Assembly: GCA_001600815.1 (NCBI GenBank)
Contig: BCKZ01000026.1
Coordinates: 124,001 to 185,013 of the forward strand
DNA: 61,013 bases
Direction of reading: 5' to 3'
From: Alloascoidea hylecoeti
Lineage: Eukaryota
A model generated the notes under the pieces. It was not told the origin of the DNA and made no database searches. It saw only the letters and a list, made by a program, of their open reading frames with translations. Below are positions 49,125 to 60,827 of the stretch, piece after piece. The position numbers were made by a program, and so were the translations under genes. The number at the start of each line of letters is the position of its first letter. The first letter of the stretch is position 1.

Positions 49125-50933
49125 ATGTCCAGAGCTCCCCACCCTTCGAACTTACGGCCAGCTCCCCCGGACACCTCTCAATACTCCTTTCCCGTTCAGC
49201 AGCCCACCGGTCCGGCTGCCAGACAGGTCCATCAACACCATCAGCACCAGCAGCACCAGCAGCACCAGCAGCACCAACCACAACAGCAACCACAACAGCC
49301 TGTGTACGACCCTCCTCCCATCAACATCCCTCCAAGCGAACTCACCCAACTGCTGGGTCTCCCTGTCCAGCAGTGGCCCTACTCGGAAAACTCCCTATGT
49401 TTGGCTCTAAATCTCCGCGTGGAACAAGAGAAATCCATCCAGGAATACTACAAGGTCGCCCACAGACAAAGATCTTTGGACCTCCTTCATTCTGTCATCT
49501 CTTCAAATGTCCCTCCAGCCATGATTCCCATGATATTCAATAACACTCAACATCCAGGTCAGATGCAGCCTCCGATCCATCAAGGACCTGTCAATCCTCA
49601 AATGTCAGCAGATCCCAATATGGATCCCCCAAAGTATCATCCCATTCAACCCCTCCCGCCTCAATCTATGCCCCAAGCAGCTCCACAACCTGGCCCTCAG
49701 CCTGGCCCTCCCCATTCTCAACCCCATTTTCATCAAGAATTTACTCATGGTCGATCACATTCATTATCTATATCACAGCCATTATCCCCATTAAGATATT
49801 CAACAACTGCTTCTTCTTTTGCAAATACTACTCCACCTACAAATATATCAATGATTTCAAGAACTTCTTCTCCATTACGAAGAAGATCAACCATTGCTGG
49901 AAGACCGCCTTTACACCCTCATCATCATAGTACTAGTATGGGCTATCAACAAAATCCTCAATATCAGAATCAAAACCAAAATCAAAATCAAAATCAATAT
50001 CAATATCAATATCAAAACCAAAACCAAAACCAAAACCAAAATCAAAATCAAAATCAAAATCAAATTCAGAATCAGAATCAAAATCAAAATCAAAATCAAA
50101 GCCAAAGTCAAAGTCAAAGTCAAAGTCAAAATCAACATCCATATCATAATCAAAATCAAAACCAAAATCCATATCAGAATCAAAATCAAAATCAGAATCA
50201 AAATCAAAATCAAAATCAAAACCAATATCATAATCAAAATCAAAATCAAAATTCTCTTGAACCAACAATGGGTATAATGAATTTACCCCAAGGAACACAG
50301 AATATTCAATTCCATCATTGGACTCCTGATTCTTTGACTTCAGAACCTAATTATAATGAAAAGACAAAAAGAAGGAGATCTTCAAGTTATGTTAATGAAC
50401 ATAGTTCTACGGATTCTCATTCTCATTTAAATTCATTTTCAACTTCACATTCAAATTCTCATTCAAATTCAATGAATACAAATAGAACTAGTATTTCGAC
50501 GATACCCGAAGTAAGTAATCAAAGTCGAGAAGAAGGTCATCAACAAACAAATGATCAAGAACATGATCAAAGAAGACAAACCCAAGATCAAAATCAAAAT
50601 CAAAGACAAGGTCAATATGAAGGTCAAAATCAAGGTCATGAAAATCAAAATCAACATCTAGCTCAGAATTCAAATCAAGCACAAAATCAATATGAAGGTC
50701 AAAATCAAAATCAATATGAAAACCAAAATCAAATGGAAGTCCAATATGAAAATCAAAGTCAAATGGAAGGTCAAAATCATGATCAAATTGCAGGTCAAAA
50801 TCATCAAAGATTACTATTACCACCATTTAATGGACCAATAGATTTAAATGCTAATTCATCACCACCAAAACCACATTCAACAAAACATGATGTTAATTTT
50901 ATGATTTCAAAAGATGAAAAAGAATCTACTTGA
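49125..50933 (+). CDS. Q/N/P-rich low-complexity protein with a conserved fungal core (possibly Bop3-like)
   Basis: 602-aa ORF; ALNLRVEQEKSIQEYYK...VPPAMIPMIF and QFHHW motifs; long (QN)n tract. Confidence 0.7.
   Translation: MSRAPHPSNLRPAPPDTSQYSFPVQQPTGPAARQVHQHHQHQQHQQHQQHQPQQQPQQPVYDPPPINIPPSELTQLLGLPVQQWPYSENSLCLALNLRVEQEKSIQEYYKVAHRQRSLDLLHSVISSNVPPAMIPMIFNNTQHPGQMQPPIHQGPVNPQMSADPNMDPPKYHPIQPLPPQSMPQAAPQPGPQPGPPHSQPHFHQEFTHGRSHSLSISQPLSPLRYSTTASSFANTTPPTNISMISRTSSPLRRRSTIAGRPPLHPHHHSTSMGYQQNPQYQNQNQNQNQNQYQYQYQNQNQNQNQNQNQNQNQIQNQNQNQNQNQSQSQSQSQSQNQHPYHNQNQNQNPYQNQNQNQNQNQNQNQNQYHNQNQNQNSLEPTMGIMNLPQGTQNIQFHHWTPDSLTSEPNYNEKTKRRRSSSYVNEHSSTDSHSHLNSFSTSHSNSHSNSMNTNRTSISTIPEVSNQSREEGHQQTNDQEHDQRRQTQDQNQNQRQGQYEGQNQGHENQNQHLAQNSNQAQNQYEGQNQNQYENQNQMEVQYENQSQMEGQNHDQIAGQNHQRLLLPPFNGPIDLNANSSPPKPHSTKHDVNFMISKDEKEST
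49963..50252 (+). repeat. Coding (CAAAAT)n repeat = (Gln-Asn)n
   Basis: Degenerate hexamer array within the ORF. Confidence 0.9.
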
Positions 50934-51316
50934 TACTTATTGAACCGAATAAGTATTTGTTTGTTCATTTATATTATTGCTAAAATGATGTTGATTGTTT
51001 GGTTTCCGATTTACTAGGTATCATTCTTTTTTTGTTTATTCTTTTCTTATTCTTAAGTTACTTGTTCTTTGTTATTACTCGTTATTACTTGCCAATTAAA
51101 AAGATTTAACTTGTATTTGTAAATGTTTTTATGATCTTTTTATGTTTTCAATGTAATCTAGAGATGATATTGCCTTTTTATTCAATGTTAAAATATATAA
51201 GTTAGTTATGTGGAGTATATCAAATCACTATTACTAGTCTACAATATAATATATACATTTACAATGAAGATTAAAATTAAACTTATATTTATATTTTAAT
51301 TTATATGTATGGTTGA

Positions 51317-52478
51317 TTATTCTAAAGTCTTTTGAGAAGCAAATAATTTTGATAAAGTAGAAGCACCAAATTTTTGAATTTCACCACATGTTGTATCAAT
51401 TTGACCAGAAAGTAATAAATTTTCTAATCTTGATGGTTCAGCAGGTAATTTAAATAATGTTTTCCACTCATCTAATGATAATAATGATTGACCTTCAGAT
51501 TCTCTAACTGAATTTATTTGTTTTCTTTTTAATTTCCATTGACTAATTTTTGTTTGTTCTCTTGCTAATTGTCTTTGATAATAATGATAATTTCCCTGAT
51601 CATAATTAAAATCATCAATTGAATCTAAAATATTTTCAATATTTTTATTAATATATGTATCAATTGGTAAATTTAATGAATCAAAATTTGGTGTTAAAGA
51701 ATCTGTTTCAATAATAAGTTCATTTTTTTTTGGTTTATCTAAATCAAACATTAATAAATTAATTAAATGTGCATTATGAATTTCAACTGGTAATTCATTA
51801 AAAATATTTTCATATGTTAAATTATATTCAATTAAATTTTCAGTTGTAAATTTACTTGTTTTATGAACAGATAAAAATTCTTCTGATAATCTATATGCTC
51901 TTAGACTTAAACCAGATTCAACAGATTTATTAACATCATATATTAAAACAATTGTATTTGGATTAATTAATTGATATTGTAATAAAGCTTCAACAACTGA
52001 ACTTTTATAAAAACTACCAACAGTTGATGTTTGATACCAACCAAGAGATGTTGAATCAATATTAATTTCTTTTAATTCTTCAATCATTTCATTTTGATAT
52101 CTAATATTTGATTTATTTCTTGGTGATGGTTCATGTGATTCATTGGCTTGTGGGAAAGGAAATGAATAAGTAACATCTAAATTTCCATCTTCAGAATCAA
52201 ATCCTAGTAATGGCCCAGAAGCCGCACTTGGGAAAGTATTTGATGCGTGTTTGACTATTTTTAAAACAACCTGATCATATTAATATGAAAAGTTAGTTAT
52301 CGCTGCGTGGATAAATTTTTGATCTAATCACTTACACTGGCCTCAATCTGGACCCGATCAGTGGTTGCTGTTTGACGAGTAGAAGTAGTCATAATAGATC
52401 GCTTTCTGGCAAAAGTTAGAATTAATAATTAATGCTGTGATATAAAAAGACATACTTTGCTGTTTTGTTAGAAGACAT
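51317..52478 (-). CDS. eIF3h: Translation initiation factor eIF3 subunit h (3 exons)
   Basis: Exons 52478-52456, 52405-52336, 52270-51317. VQIEASVVLKIVKH, GPLLG, SFPFP, LGWYQ, LSLRAYRLS, EPSRLENLL. Confidence 0.9.
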
Positions 52479-52739
52479 TCGATCCAAAAAAGGTATACCT
52501 GTTTTTTTGTCAAAAGGTGTATTTTTCACTTTTTTTTCTTTGCATAAGTAATGCAACTGTGTGGTGTAGTTATGCGGTCGCTTCATCTATGGCACACCAG
52601 TGATACCAAAACAATGGCACACTATTAATAGTAAACAAATGGAACACTGTGCTTAATATTTATAACACGTGAATGGCTGAGCCTTCTATTAATACAAACA
52701 TTAATATGTTTATTATTAGTATACTGTATCATTTTTAGA

Positions 52740-53832
52740 ATGAACTTTTGGACTGTTCTTTTATTTTTATCATTAACAGTTTGTTCGATACAGGCTGCTT
52801 CATTTGATCAATTAGAGCAATTCGCTAATTTTGTAAAAGCTCATGGAAAAAACAATATTGTAGAAGTATGCTAAGTATGTAAAATCTAATTTTTATCATA
52901 TCATCTTATTAACAGTTTCATAGTATTATTCAAGTGTTTGCCAGCAGTGTCAAAACCTTGATGAAATTCGTTATTTTGGTTACTTGTCACAATCCGAACC
53001 ACCAACCTTATCAGACAATTTCGATTTTAGGATATATAACCATAATATCCGAAATGCAAATACCAATAAGAAGTTAGTTCCAGGCGAAAGTCCTTGGGAT
53101 AGGAGGAAAATAATGATTGCAAATAGTATACGATTACATTCACAATCAAACACTATTGTTTCCTTACAAGAAGTTTTAAAGACACAATTAGATGATATTT
53201 TGGAAATACTCGGAGATGAATGGGGTTTTTTTGGCGTCGGAAGAATGGATGGCGTATCAAAAGGCGAATTTACACCTATTTTGTATAAAACGAAAGAATG
53301 GGAGATAATCAAATCAAAAGTATTCTGGTTAAGTGAAACACCTGATATCCCTAGTACTGGTTGGGATGGAATATATGAAAGAGTAGTAACCTGGACTTAT
53401 CTTCAAAATAAAAAAACAGGCTCCAAAATTAATATCTTTAACACTCATCTTGATCATAAAGGTAAAAATGCTCAAAAGGAAAGTGTGAAGTTTATTATGA
53501 ACAAAATGAAGACATTGAACAAATCTCCAAGTTTTTTAATGGGTGATTTCAATACAACACCCTTAGACGAACCATATAAACTGGTTACCAAACAATTTGA
53601 TGATTCATCCAGTGTTGTTGATGAGATTAATAGATACGGCCATGAATTAACAATTACTGGGTTCAAAAATGATAATGGAACAGATAGAATTGATTATATA
53701 TGGGTTCCGAAAAGAGGAATAACCGTTAAGATGAATGCTGTTTTACAATCAAGATTTAATGGTATTTTTATGAGCGATCACAGACCTGTTGTTGTTGATA
53801 TTTCTATTGACTATAATAGATTTTATAAATGA
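52740..53832 (+). CDS. Secreted EEP family protein, copy 3 (2 exons)
   Basis: Exon 1 52740-52865 encodes signal peptide MNFWTVLLFLSLTVCSIQA; intron 52866-52923 (GTATGC...ATTAAC...TAG); exon 2 carries all EEP motifs. Confidence 0.85.
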
Positions 53833-53987
53833 ATATTTATATAACTTATAGAGAATTTAGAATAAACCGATTACATGTATGTAACCACCCCATATTTTGA
53901 CGCATATTCTAGATCTTCCAATTTTTCACCTCCATTAATCTTATTACTCATTCTAACAACTACCGATTAAATTGATTTACGTTTACA

Positions 53988-55145
53988 ATGGTCTATGAAT
54001 ATACTGTCCCTGAATATGGAAGAAGCTCTGCTCACGCTGATTTCAGAAGTAAGTTTTCTCATAAAATATGATCGTCAATTGTGGTACTAATTATGATCAT
54101 AGGCGACACTTTGACAACTCCAACAAGAAATATGATAGCAGCAATGTTAACAGCAACACACGGGGATGATGTTTATGGTGAAGATAGTTCTATTAATAAC
54201 TTACAGGAAAAAGTAGCTAAATTAACTGGTAAGGAAAGTGGATTGTTTTGTGTATCAGGTACAATGTCAAACCAAATTGCTCTTAGAACACATTTAACAC
54301 AACCACCACATTCTATTTTATGTGATCATAGAGCTCATGTTTATACCAGCGAAGCCGGTGGATTGGCAACTTTATCACAGGCTATGGTTGTTCCTGTAAA
54401 ACCCCAAAATGGCGTTTATTTGACTTTAGAAGATGTCGTCTCACATGTTTGGTTAGGTGATGATATCCATACCGCACCAACAAAAGTAATTTCTTTGGAA
54501 AACACTTTACATGGGACAATTATGCCCATTGAGGAAATCAAGAAAATTTCTGAATTTGCAAAGAAACACAATATTAAAATGCATCTTGATGGTGCTAGAA
54601 TATGGAATGCTTCAATCGCTACCGGTATTAGCCTATCAGATTATTGTCAATACTTTGATTCGGTATCTCTTTGTCTTTCAAAAGGCTTAGGTGCACCAAT
54701 TGGCTCAATTCTTGTTGGGAAATCTGAATTTACTAAGAAAGCAAATTGGTTTAAAAAACAAAATGGAGGTGGCATTCGTCAAGCTGGTATTCTAGCTGCC
54801 GCTGCAAATTGTGCAATTGAAGAATCATGGCCAAAAATGGTTGAAACCCATAAAAAAACAAAAGAAGTTGCGAAATATTTTGAATCAATAGGCATAACTA
54901 CTACATTGCCTGTTGAAACTAATTTTATTTTTCCTGACTTTGAAAAAGTAGGAATATCTCCTGAAACTTTTTACAAATATTGTGAAAAATATGGTATTAA
55001 AAGTTATGCTTTTAGAATTGCATTTCATCATCAGATATCAGATGAGGCTATTGAATTATTGAAGAAGGTAGTTGTTGAAGCATACGAAGAAGCTAAATCT
55101 GTACCTGCTGTCAAGAAAGAAGGTGCTAATTCTATTTATCAGTAA
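53988..55145 (+). CDS. GLY1: Low-specificity L-threonine aldolase (2 exons)
   Basis: Exons 53988-54048 and 54103-55145; DFRSDT, GDDVYGED, SGTMSNQ, HLDGARIWNA, CLSKGLGAPIGS. Confidence 0.95.
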
Positions 55146-55223
55146 ATATTTATATATTTAGTCCCATATTGTGTGCCAATTTTTCAATATAACTGCGTGC
55201 CAATATTTAATCTTCATTGTGTA

Positions 55224-55251
55224 TTAGGGTTAAACCTCTTTAAAGCACGTG
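55224..55251 (+). promoter_or_regulatory. Tbf1-like TTAGGG plus Cbf1-like CACGTG in the RPL7 promoter
   Basis: Motif pair ~90-110 bp upstream of the ATG; Tbf1/Cbf1 control of ribosomal-protein genes is known from Candida albicans. Confidence 0.4.
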
Positions 55252-55337
55252 CGGAAAATTTTAAAAGAAAAATTTTCAACATTAGAATTTCTTCTTCATT
55301 AGAATTTCTTAGATTTCAAAAGCTAAAAAGAATAAAA

Positions 55338-56829
55338 ATGTCTACCAAACCGTGAGTCCTTAGACTTTGATTATCAGTAAAGTGTGATAAAATGTTTGGT
55401 AATAGCATAACTCAAAGTTTTTGTATTCTAAGATTTATGCTGTTGCCATGAATAGGGATTTATTTATTAAAGTGGATTTCCACATTTCCTTATTTTATAA
55501 GGGTTTTGAGATTAGGATCTTGTTATTATTTAGCTTTTGAAGCTTTATAATAAAATCCTTTTCTTTAATTGAATTGTGTGGTACAGATTCATGTTTCTTT
55601 TGCGTCCACTACGTTGGATGATAAATGATTCTTGAATACTGTATTGCTACCACTTCTTGCTTTCGAGCAAGGTTTTGTCTTTGCCAACTGGATCATTCAA
55701 ACTTTTATTCATTATTTATGATAAATAACATGAAAGATATTGGCTTTGATTAATTACATTTGGGGAAATTTGGTACTAAACCTAAAGTTTCTCGTTCAGA
55801 GGTATCAATTATAATTATAGATATTCTCAGCAGGTTATACCACAGGTTTTTGAGGACTTGTGACTAACTCGTCTATCTAATTAGCTCTCAAAATATCCCA
55901 GAATCTTTATTAAAGAAACAATATGCTCAAGTCACTTTAACTGCTAAGCAAATTAAAGAAAAGGCAGAAGCTCAAAAGGTAAGTTTATTAATTTTTTTTT
56001 GCTGATTTGAAATTTAAACATGAGAAATATAAAATATTTATGTGATGTAAACACCATTATTTACGACTAGCGCAGCGATGTTGTCGTCTTTTATTAACCA
56101 TCTTTCGGGACTGACCAAATATATTCATACAAGCTCATGTTAAATCTCAAATATGCAATTACCTTTTTAACTTGTTACTAACTTTGTTTTTATTTAAAGA
56201 GTAGAAAAGCATCTAGAGAGGCGATTGCTAAAAGAACTGCTGCATATGTTAAAGAATATCATACAGCTGAGCGTGGTGTAATTGAAGCTCGTCGTGAGGC
56301 CAAAGCCCAAGGAAGTTATTTTGTTCCTGAAGAAAACAAACTTGTCTTTGTCGTTAGAATTAAAGGTATTAACAAGATTCCACCAAAGCCAAGAAAGGTT
56401 TTACAATTGTTAAGATTACTCTCAATCAATAATGGTGTTTTCGTCAGAGTTACCAAAGCTACTATCGAATTACTAAGACTTGTGGAACCTTATGTTGCTT
56501 ATGGCTATCCAAACCTTTCTACTGTCAGACAAATAATTTATAAACGTGGTTATGGAAAAGTTAGAGGGCAAAGAGTTGCCTTATCCGATAATCGCATCAT
56601 TGCTGAATCTTTAGGTAAATTTGGTATTTCTTCCATTGAAGATTTAATTCATGAAATATTTACCGTTGGCCCAAACTTCAAACAAGCAAATAACTTCCTA
56701 TGGCCATTTAAATTATCTAACCCCTCAGGTGGCTGGGGTGTTCCAAGAAAATTCCAACATTTTATTCAAGGTGGATCTACAGGTAATAGAGAAGAATTTA
56801 TTAATTCTTTAGTTAAATCAATGAATTAG
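55338..56829 (+). CDS. RPL7: 60S ribosomal protein uL30/L7 (3 exons)
   Basis: Exons 55338-55351, 55885-55978, 56200-56829; [45 protein letters not shown]. Confidence 0.96.
56041..56116 (+). ncRNA. Box C/D snoRNA, snR39/snR59-like, in RPL7 intron 2
   Basis: C-box-like GTGATGT (56042); guide ACCATCTTTCGGG (56097-56109) complementary to LSU rRNA CCCGAAAGATGGT; D box CTGA (56111). Same host intron as in S. cerevisiae. Confidence 0.85.
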
Positions 56830-56889
56830 TTTAGTTTATCTAATTAGGTGTATAGTAGTAATATTAAATGAGTAGGTAAAAATATCTTA

Positions 56890-57428
56890 TTAAAATCGAC
56901 CTGGAGCTAAACTCATTCTTGCCTTTTGGCTCTGTTAAACATTGAAAGGTTAGTCTGAAGATCTTAACTCCATGAATATAAGTAGCTTACCTTTAAGTTC
57001 AAGTTACTTAATGAATACTCTAATCTTTCTCTTTTCATTTTTAGATATTTTAGTCTTTCTCTTTGCTCATCTGTTGGCAAAGACTTCTGACGTAATTGTG
57101 ATTGTGATTGAGTCTCATCTAACCTTACTTGTAATAGATCCGCTTTACTGCTTAACGCAACTCTCTTTCTTTCTAATTTTGCGAGTTCGACTTCTGCTCT
57201 CGATAATAATTGTGTAATCTGTGGTTCAATTTCTTTCGCAAGATCAGCCTGTGCATTTGATATATGAGAATCAGGAACTAATTCAAAAACACGAATGTTA
57301 CTTAGGATGGTAGAAACACGAGGGAAATCTGAGGTGGAATGATTAAGAGCATCCAATGAGGACGATAGCATTGACAAGCTCTGTGCTAGAGTAGAAACAC
57401 ATCCATTCAAGGCAGCATTCGAGGCCAT
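56890..57428 (-). CDS. SPC19: DASH/Dam1 complex subunit Spc19 (2 exons)
   Basis: LNGCVSTL...DFPRV...RVFELVP...EIEPQI. Exons 57428-56991 and 56931-56890 (GTAAGC...ACTAAC...CAG). Confidence 0.85.
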
Positions 57429-57684
57429 TTCATGAATATTGATTTAAATGAGTTTTGATTTTTGTTTACAATTTTTACACATTTTTGTTACCCGGAGATG
57501 ATATTTCATACATTTAAATTCTATTTTATGTCAATTATATTTACCTGTTATTTATAATTACCATACCTGTTGAGTTACTCAGGTTTAATTCTATACATAC
57601 CTGTTATTTCAATCTCCTGACCCTGGATCAGATGTAGAATTGGTTGTTCCTATTTCTGAACTATCCCCAACAGTAGCATTGATA

Positions 57685-59013
57685 TTATCGATTTCTTGTG
57701 AGGGGTGTACTAACACCACTTGATCTATTAACCTCTGAAATATTCATTCTCAATCTTACAACTTCTTCTTGAAGATTAATTACTTCCTTTTCCAATTTCT
57801 TTCCGAAATGATCAATATAATAAGTGGCACCATTGTATGAAGCAGTCATAAAAATAAAAGTTAGAAACAAAGAAGACAAATGTCTATATTTGTACCAAAT
57901 AGGGCAAAGCAACATTGTTAACAATTGATAACCAAATTGAATGAAAGAAAAAGCTGCTATTTGTAAATATTCATTTGGTAAGCTATTAACAATTTTACCC
58001 AAAACATTATCTGCATATGATTTTTGTAACCAGGAAAAGGAAGTAACTTGACCCGCCTTAATTTTATCTTTCTTTCGAATAGTAATAAAATAATGATAAC
58101 TTAATTGCCAGACAAAGTAGTAAACACTTGTCCATATAAGACCATAAACAAATTTCCATTGAACTACTTTGTTCGCACCTGGAAATCTTTCCGCTTTATA
58201 CACTGGAGAAATGACATGAGTAATAACATGAAAAGTAGTAGGAGGTAAAATATGAATAAAAGAGCTTGTGATTTTATCAATTGAGTGTAATACAAGAGAA
58301 TTTCTCCAGGTTACAACTGCCCATGCTAATGTACCAAATGTTAAAGCATAACATGATATAAACAAATTTTCAGATGAAGGGAATACCCAAATAAACAAGA
58401 GACTTAATAGATTAACAAAATAGCAGAGATCAGCTAAGAAAAAATGATAGAGCTTCTTTTTATATGTGTAGAATCTGATTGGCATTAAGAATGCTAATTC
58501 CACACTATACATGACATGAAACCAATCTGGGTGTCTCCCAATTACATAACCACCAAAGAATATGTTATACAAAGATAAAGCAAAAGATATTTTTTCAGTA
58601 TTTGAAACGGCGGTAGCAGTGCTTAATCTGTTATCAAGTTTTTCAACGGATTTAAGAAAACCTTTATAAATATGGTCTAGTTTTTCTTCTTGAGAACGAA
58701 TTAAATGCCTTTGACTCTTTGTTAATGCTTTTAATTTTTGTGTTCTCTTTATCATCGAATCTTTATAACGTTTTGAAATAGATTTTAATTGTAACGATCT
58801 CTGCGATCGCTCTTTTTTTGAAGCAAACAGATCCAAGAAATCCGAAACCCCAAAGCGATCCAAAGCAAAGATAGGTTCGTCATGGTGGGAGTTGGAATCA
58901 AGGGAGTATACTGAGGTGGTTCTGCTTAGTTGATCACAATCATCTTCTTGGTACTCATCTAAGTCTCGATCTGATTCTGTTGGCGTAGCCTTCAGTATCG
59001 AATCATCTGACAT
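57685..59013 (-). CDS. GPC1: Glycerophosphocholine acyltransferase (DUF2838)
   Basis: EKISF, MPIRFYTY, FLADLCYFVN, WRNSLVLHSIDKITSSFIH, NGATYYID. Confidence 0.9.
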   Translation of the reverse strand: MSDDSILKATPTESDRDLDEYQEDDCDQLSRTTSVYSLDSNSHHDEPIFALDRFGVSDFLDLFASKKERSQRSLQLKSISKRYKDSMIKRTQKLKALTKSQRHLIRSQEEKLDHIYKGFLKSVEKLDNRLSTATAVSNTEKISFALSLYNIFFGGYVIGRHPDWFHVMYSVELAFLMPIRFYTYKKKLYHFFLADLCYFVNLLSLLFIWVFPSSENLFISCYALTFGTLAWAVVTWRNSLVLHSIDKITSSFIHILPPTTFHVITHVISPVYKAERFPGANKVVQWKFVYGLIWTSVYYFVWQLSYHYFITIRKKDKIKAGQVTSFSWLQKSYADNVLGKIVNSLPNEYLQIAAFSFIQFGYQLLTMLLCPIWYKYRHLSSLFLTFIFMTASYNGATYYIDHFGKKLEKEVINLQEEVVRLRMNISEVNRSSGVSTPLTRNR

Positions 59014-59415
59014 CTGTAAATCTATTGCCTCCTTAAGCTGTTACGATTAGAATTCGGAGGTTTAATATACGTAAATCACGTGATGAGTGTCATCTGTAAT
59101 CGCCTTTTAACGGTTTTATCAACTCCAATTGGCTCCAAAAATCACTTGGAATATAAGATAGACTGAGACCCCTCAGTCTAGGCTTATTCAGAGGCCTACA
59201 AATAAGAAAAGGAATTTAAATTTTGAAACTCAGATTTGCAATTAGTTCTCCCCAACTACCGGTACATATTTCACAGTTACCTCTTTGGGTAGCTACCTAG
59301 TTGGGTGTATAACGTTAAATACGAAATGTAAAATTATGAAGATCATACCTGGACGACGAATGATTGTAAATCAGAGTGAAACATAGCCAGTCATGGCCGG
59401 TGTGTGTGTGTGTCG

Positions 59416-59510
59416 ACGCGCTTTTCATTGGGATTTTCGTGGAAGTTTCGCACCAAACACACCTGTTTAGGTTGCCTTAAATACATTACTTATCTTGAAC
59501 ACAAACGCGT
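59416..59510 (+). promoter_or_regulatory. G1/S elements (MCB ACGCGT 59505, ACGCG 59416, SCB TTTTCGTG 59434)
   Basis: Consensus matches clustered upstream of the Acm1-like gene. Confidence 0.5.
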
Positions 59511-59699
59511 ATTCGTGGTTATTTTAGGCTTTCCGATCAGCAATTTTAATAATCCTTTGAAATTTAAATTATAATTATAAGATACTTAGGCCTAGTACGG
59601 AACTCTATGGATTAAAAGTCCTCCTTATTCTCTTCCAATTTGTCATTTTCTCTTCTCAACAAATCCCTCTAACAAGTTTTTCATCTCCTGTTTATAATA

Positions 59700-60230
59700 A
59701 TGTCTACTTCTATTCTAGATCATCCAATTCCCACTACTCTCACTGCCAAATCTCCAAAATCCACCTCAAGTGGTACGAAACGAAAACTTTCAATATTAGA
59801 TAATTCTAAGGCCGTTCCAGCCACTAAAAAAATATCTTTATCAGCAAAATGTCCCTTTAAAATATTTTCTGATCCTATTCCACCACCAACACCAAATTCA
59901 AATTCAAATTCAAATTCAAAGCCAAAACCAAAGCCAAAGCCGATGTCAAATATTAAACACAAGGTCAAGAGGAAACAGAAACGAGTGGTGTTGGGTGATT
60001 TACCACTATCTCAATATCCTGGATTCTATTCAAAGGCATGCATTAATAGTCATGAGGTTAGTGTTGCAGCTTTAGAACGACTCTGGATTCCACACTCTAA
60101 GACTAATGAACTAATTGAAGAAACAAGTAAACTTCAAATAGATTCATCTGGTGGTTCTAATACCCAAGCTAACGATCTTGGTGTTGTATTTTCTTTACAA
60201 TCATCATCCATATTTTCAGTAAACTTCTAA
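59700..60230 (+). CDS. Acm1-like APC/C-Cdh1 inhibitor (disordered, D-box/ABBA-like motifs)
   Basis: FKIFSD (ABBA-like) and RVVLGDLPLSQYPGF (cf. Acm1 RIALKDLSVDEFKGY); MCB/SCB promoter. Confidence 0.55.
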   Translation: MSTSILDHPIPTTLTAKSPKSTSSGTKRKLSILDNSKAVPATKKISLSAKCPFKIFSDPIPPPTPNSNSNSNSKPKPKPKPMSNIKHKVKRKQKRVVLGDLPLSQYPGFYSKACINSHEVSVAALERLWIPHSKTNELIEETSKLQIDSSGGSNTQANDLGVVFSLQSSSIFSVNF

Positions 60231-60827
60231 TAACATTATTAACAGTGAAAAATGATCAATTTGGCCAATAATCTCTCTATCTAAAAAGATTGGACCATCT
60301 TATATATAATACAACGTACACATGTGATTTTAATTATTATTACAAATTTGAACTTGGAGATTGACTGACTTTGGAATCTATAACTTTATCTTGGGAACTT
60401 TGGGACAGCAAATGAGTTTTTATTTTGTATCTATTTCGGGATAATCGGATATAACATGCTCTAGATCTATCTATCAGCAGAAAGGCATGTTAATTTTTAC
60501 TGGTATGATATCAACCTGAAAAATTATATAAAATCATTATTATNGTATATAATTCAGAGTATAATATATTTGATATANGTGTATACTAGCTTTATTCCTA
60601 TAGTCCATCCGTATCGTATCGTCACCTTCTGGATCTCCCTTTAATTCCGGGGAAAAAACTGATATGTGTGGGTTCTTCGATCTATTTTGTGAGTTGCTAC
60701 GTATCATTTGGGAAGTCATTGTTTCTACAATTGTGAACAATGAAAGGCTTCCTTCAATTGTAATCGGCATTTCTAACCACTTAATATATGTCCATATATC
60801 AATATATCCTCCAATTCCTTTCAGTAA

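Noticed and set aside
49894..50826. Poly-IL, poly-FD and poly-IK ORFs in other frames
   Set aside because: Artefacts of the stop-free hexamer repeat in the Q/N gene.
52984..53832. EEP copy 3 as a pseudogene or non-AUG gene
   Set aside because: An upstream exon at 52740 supplies an ATG and signal peptide in the correct phase.
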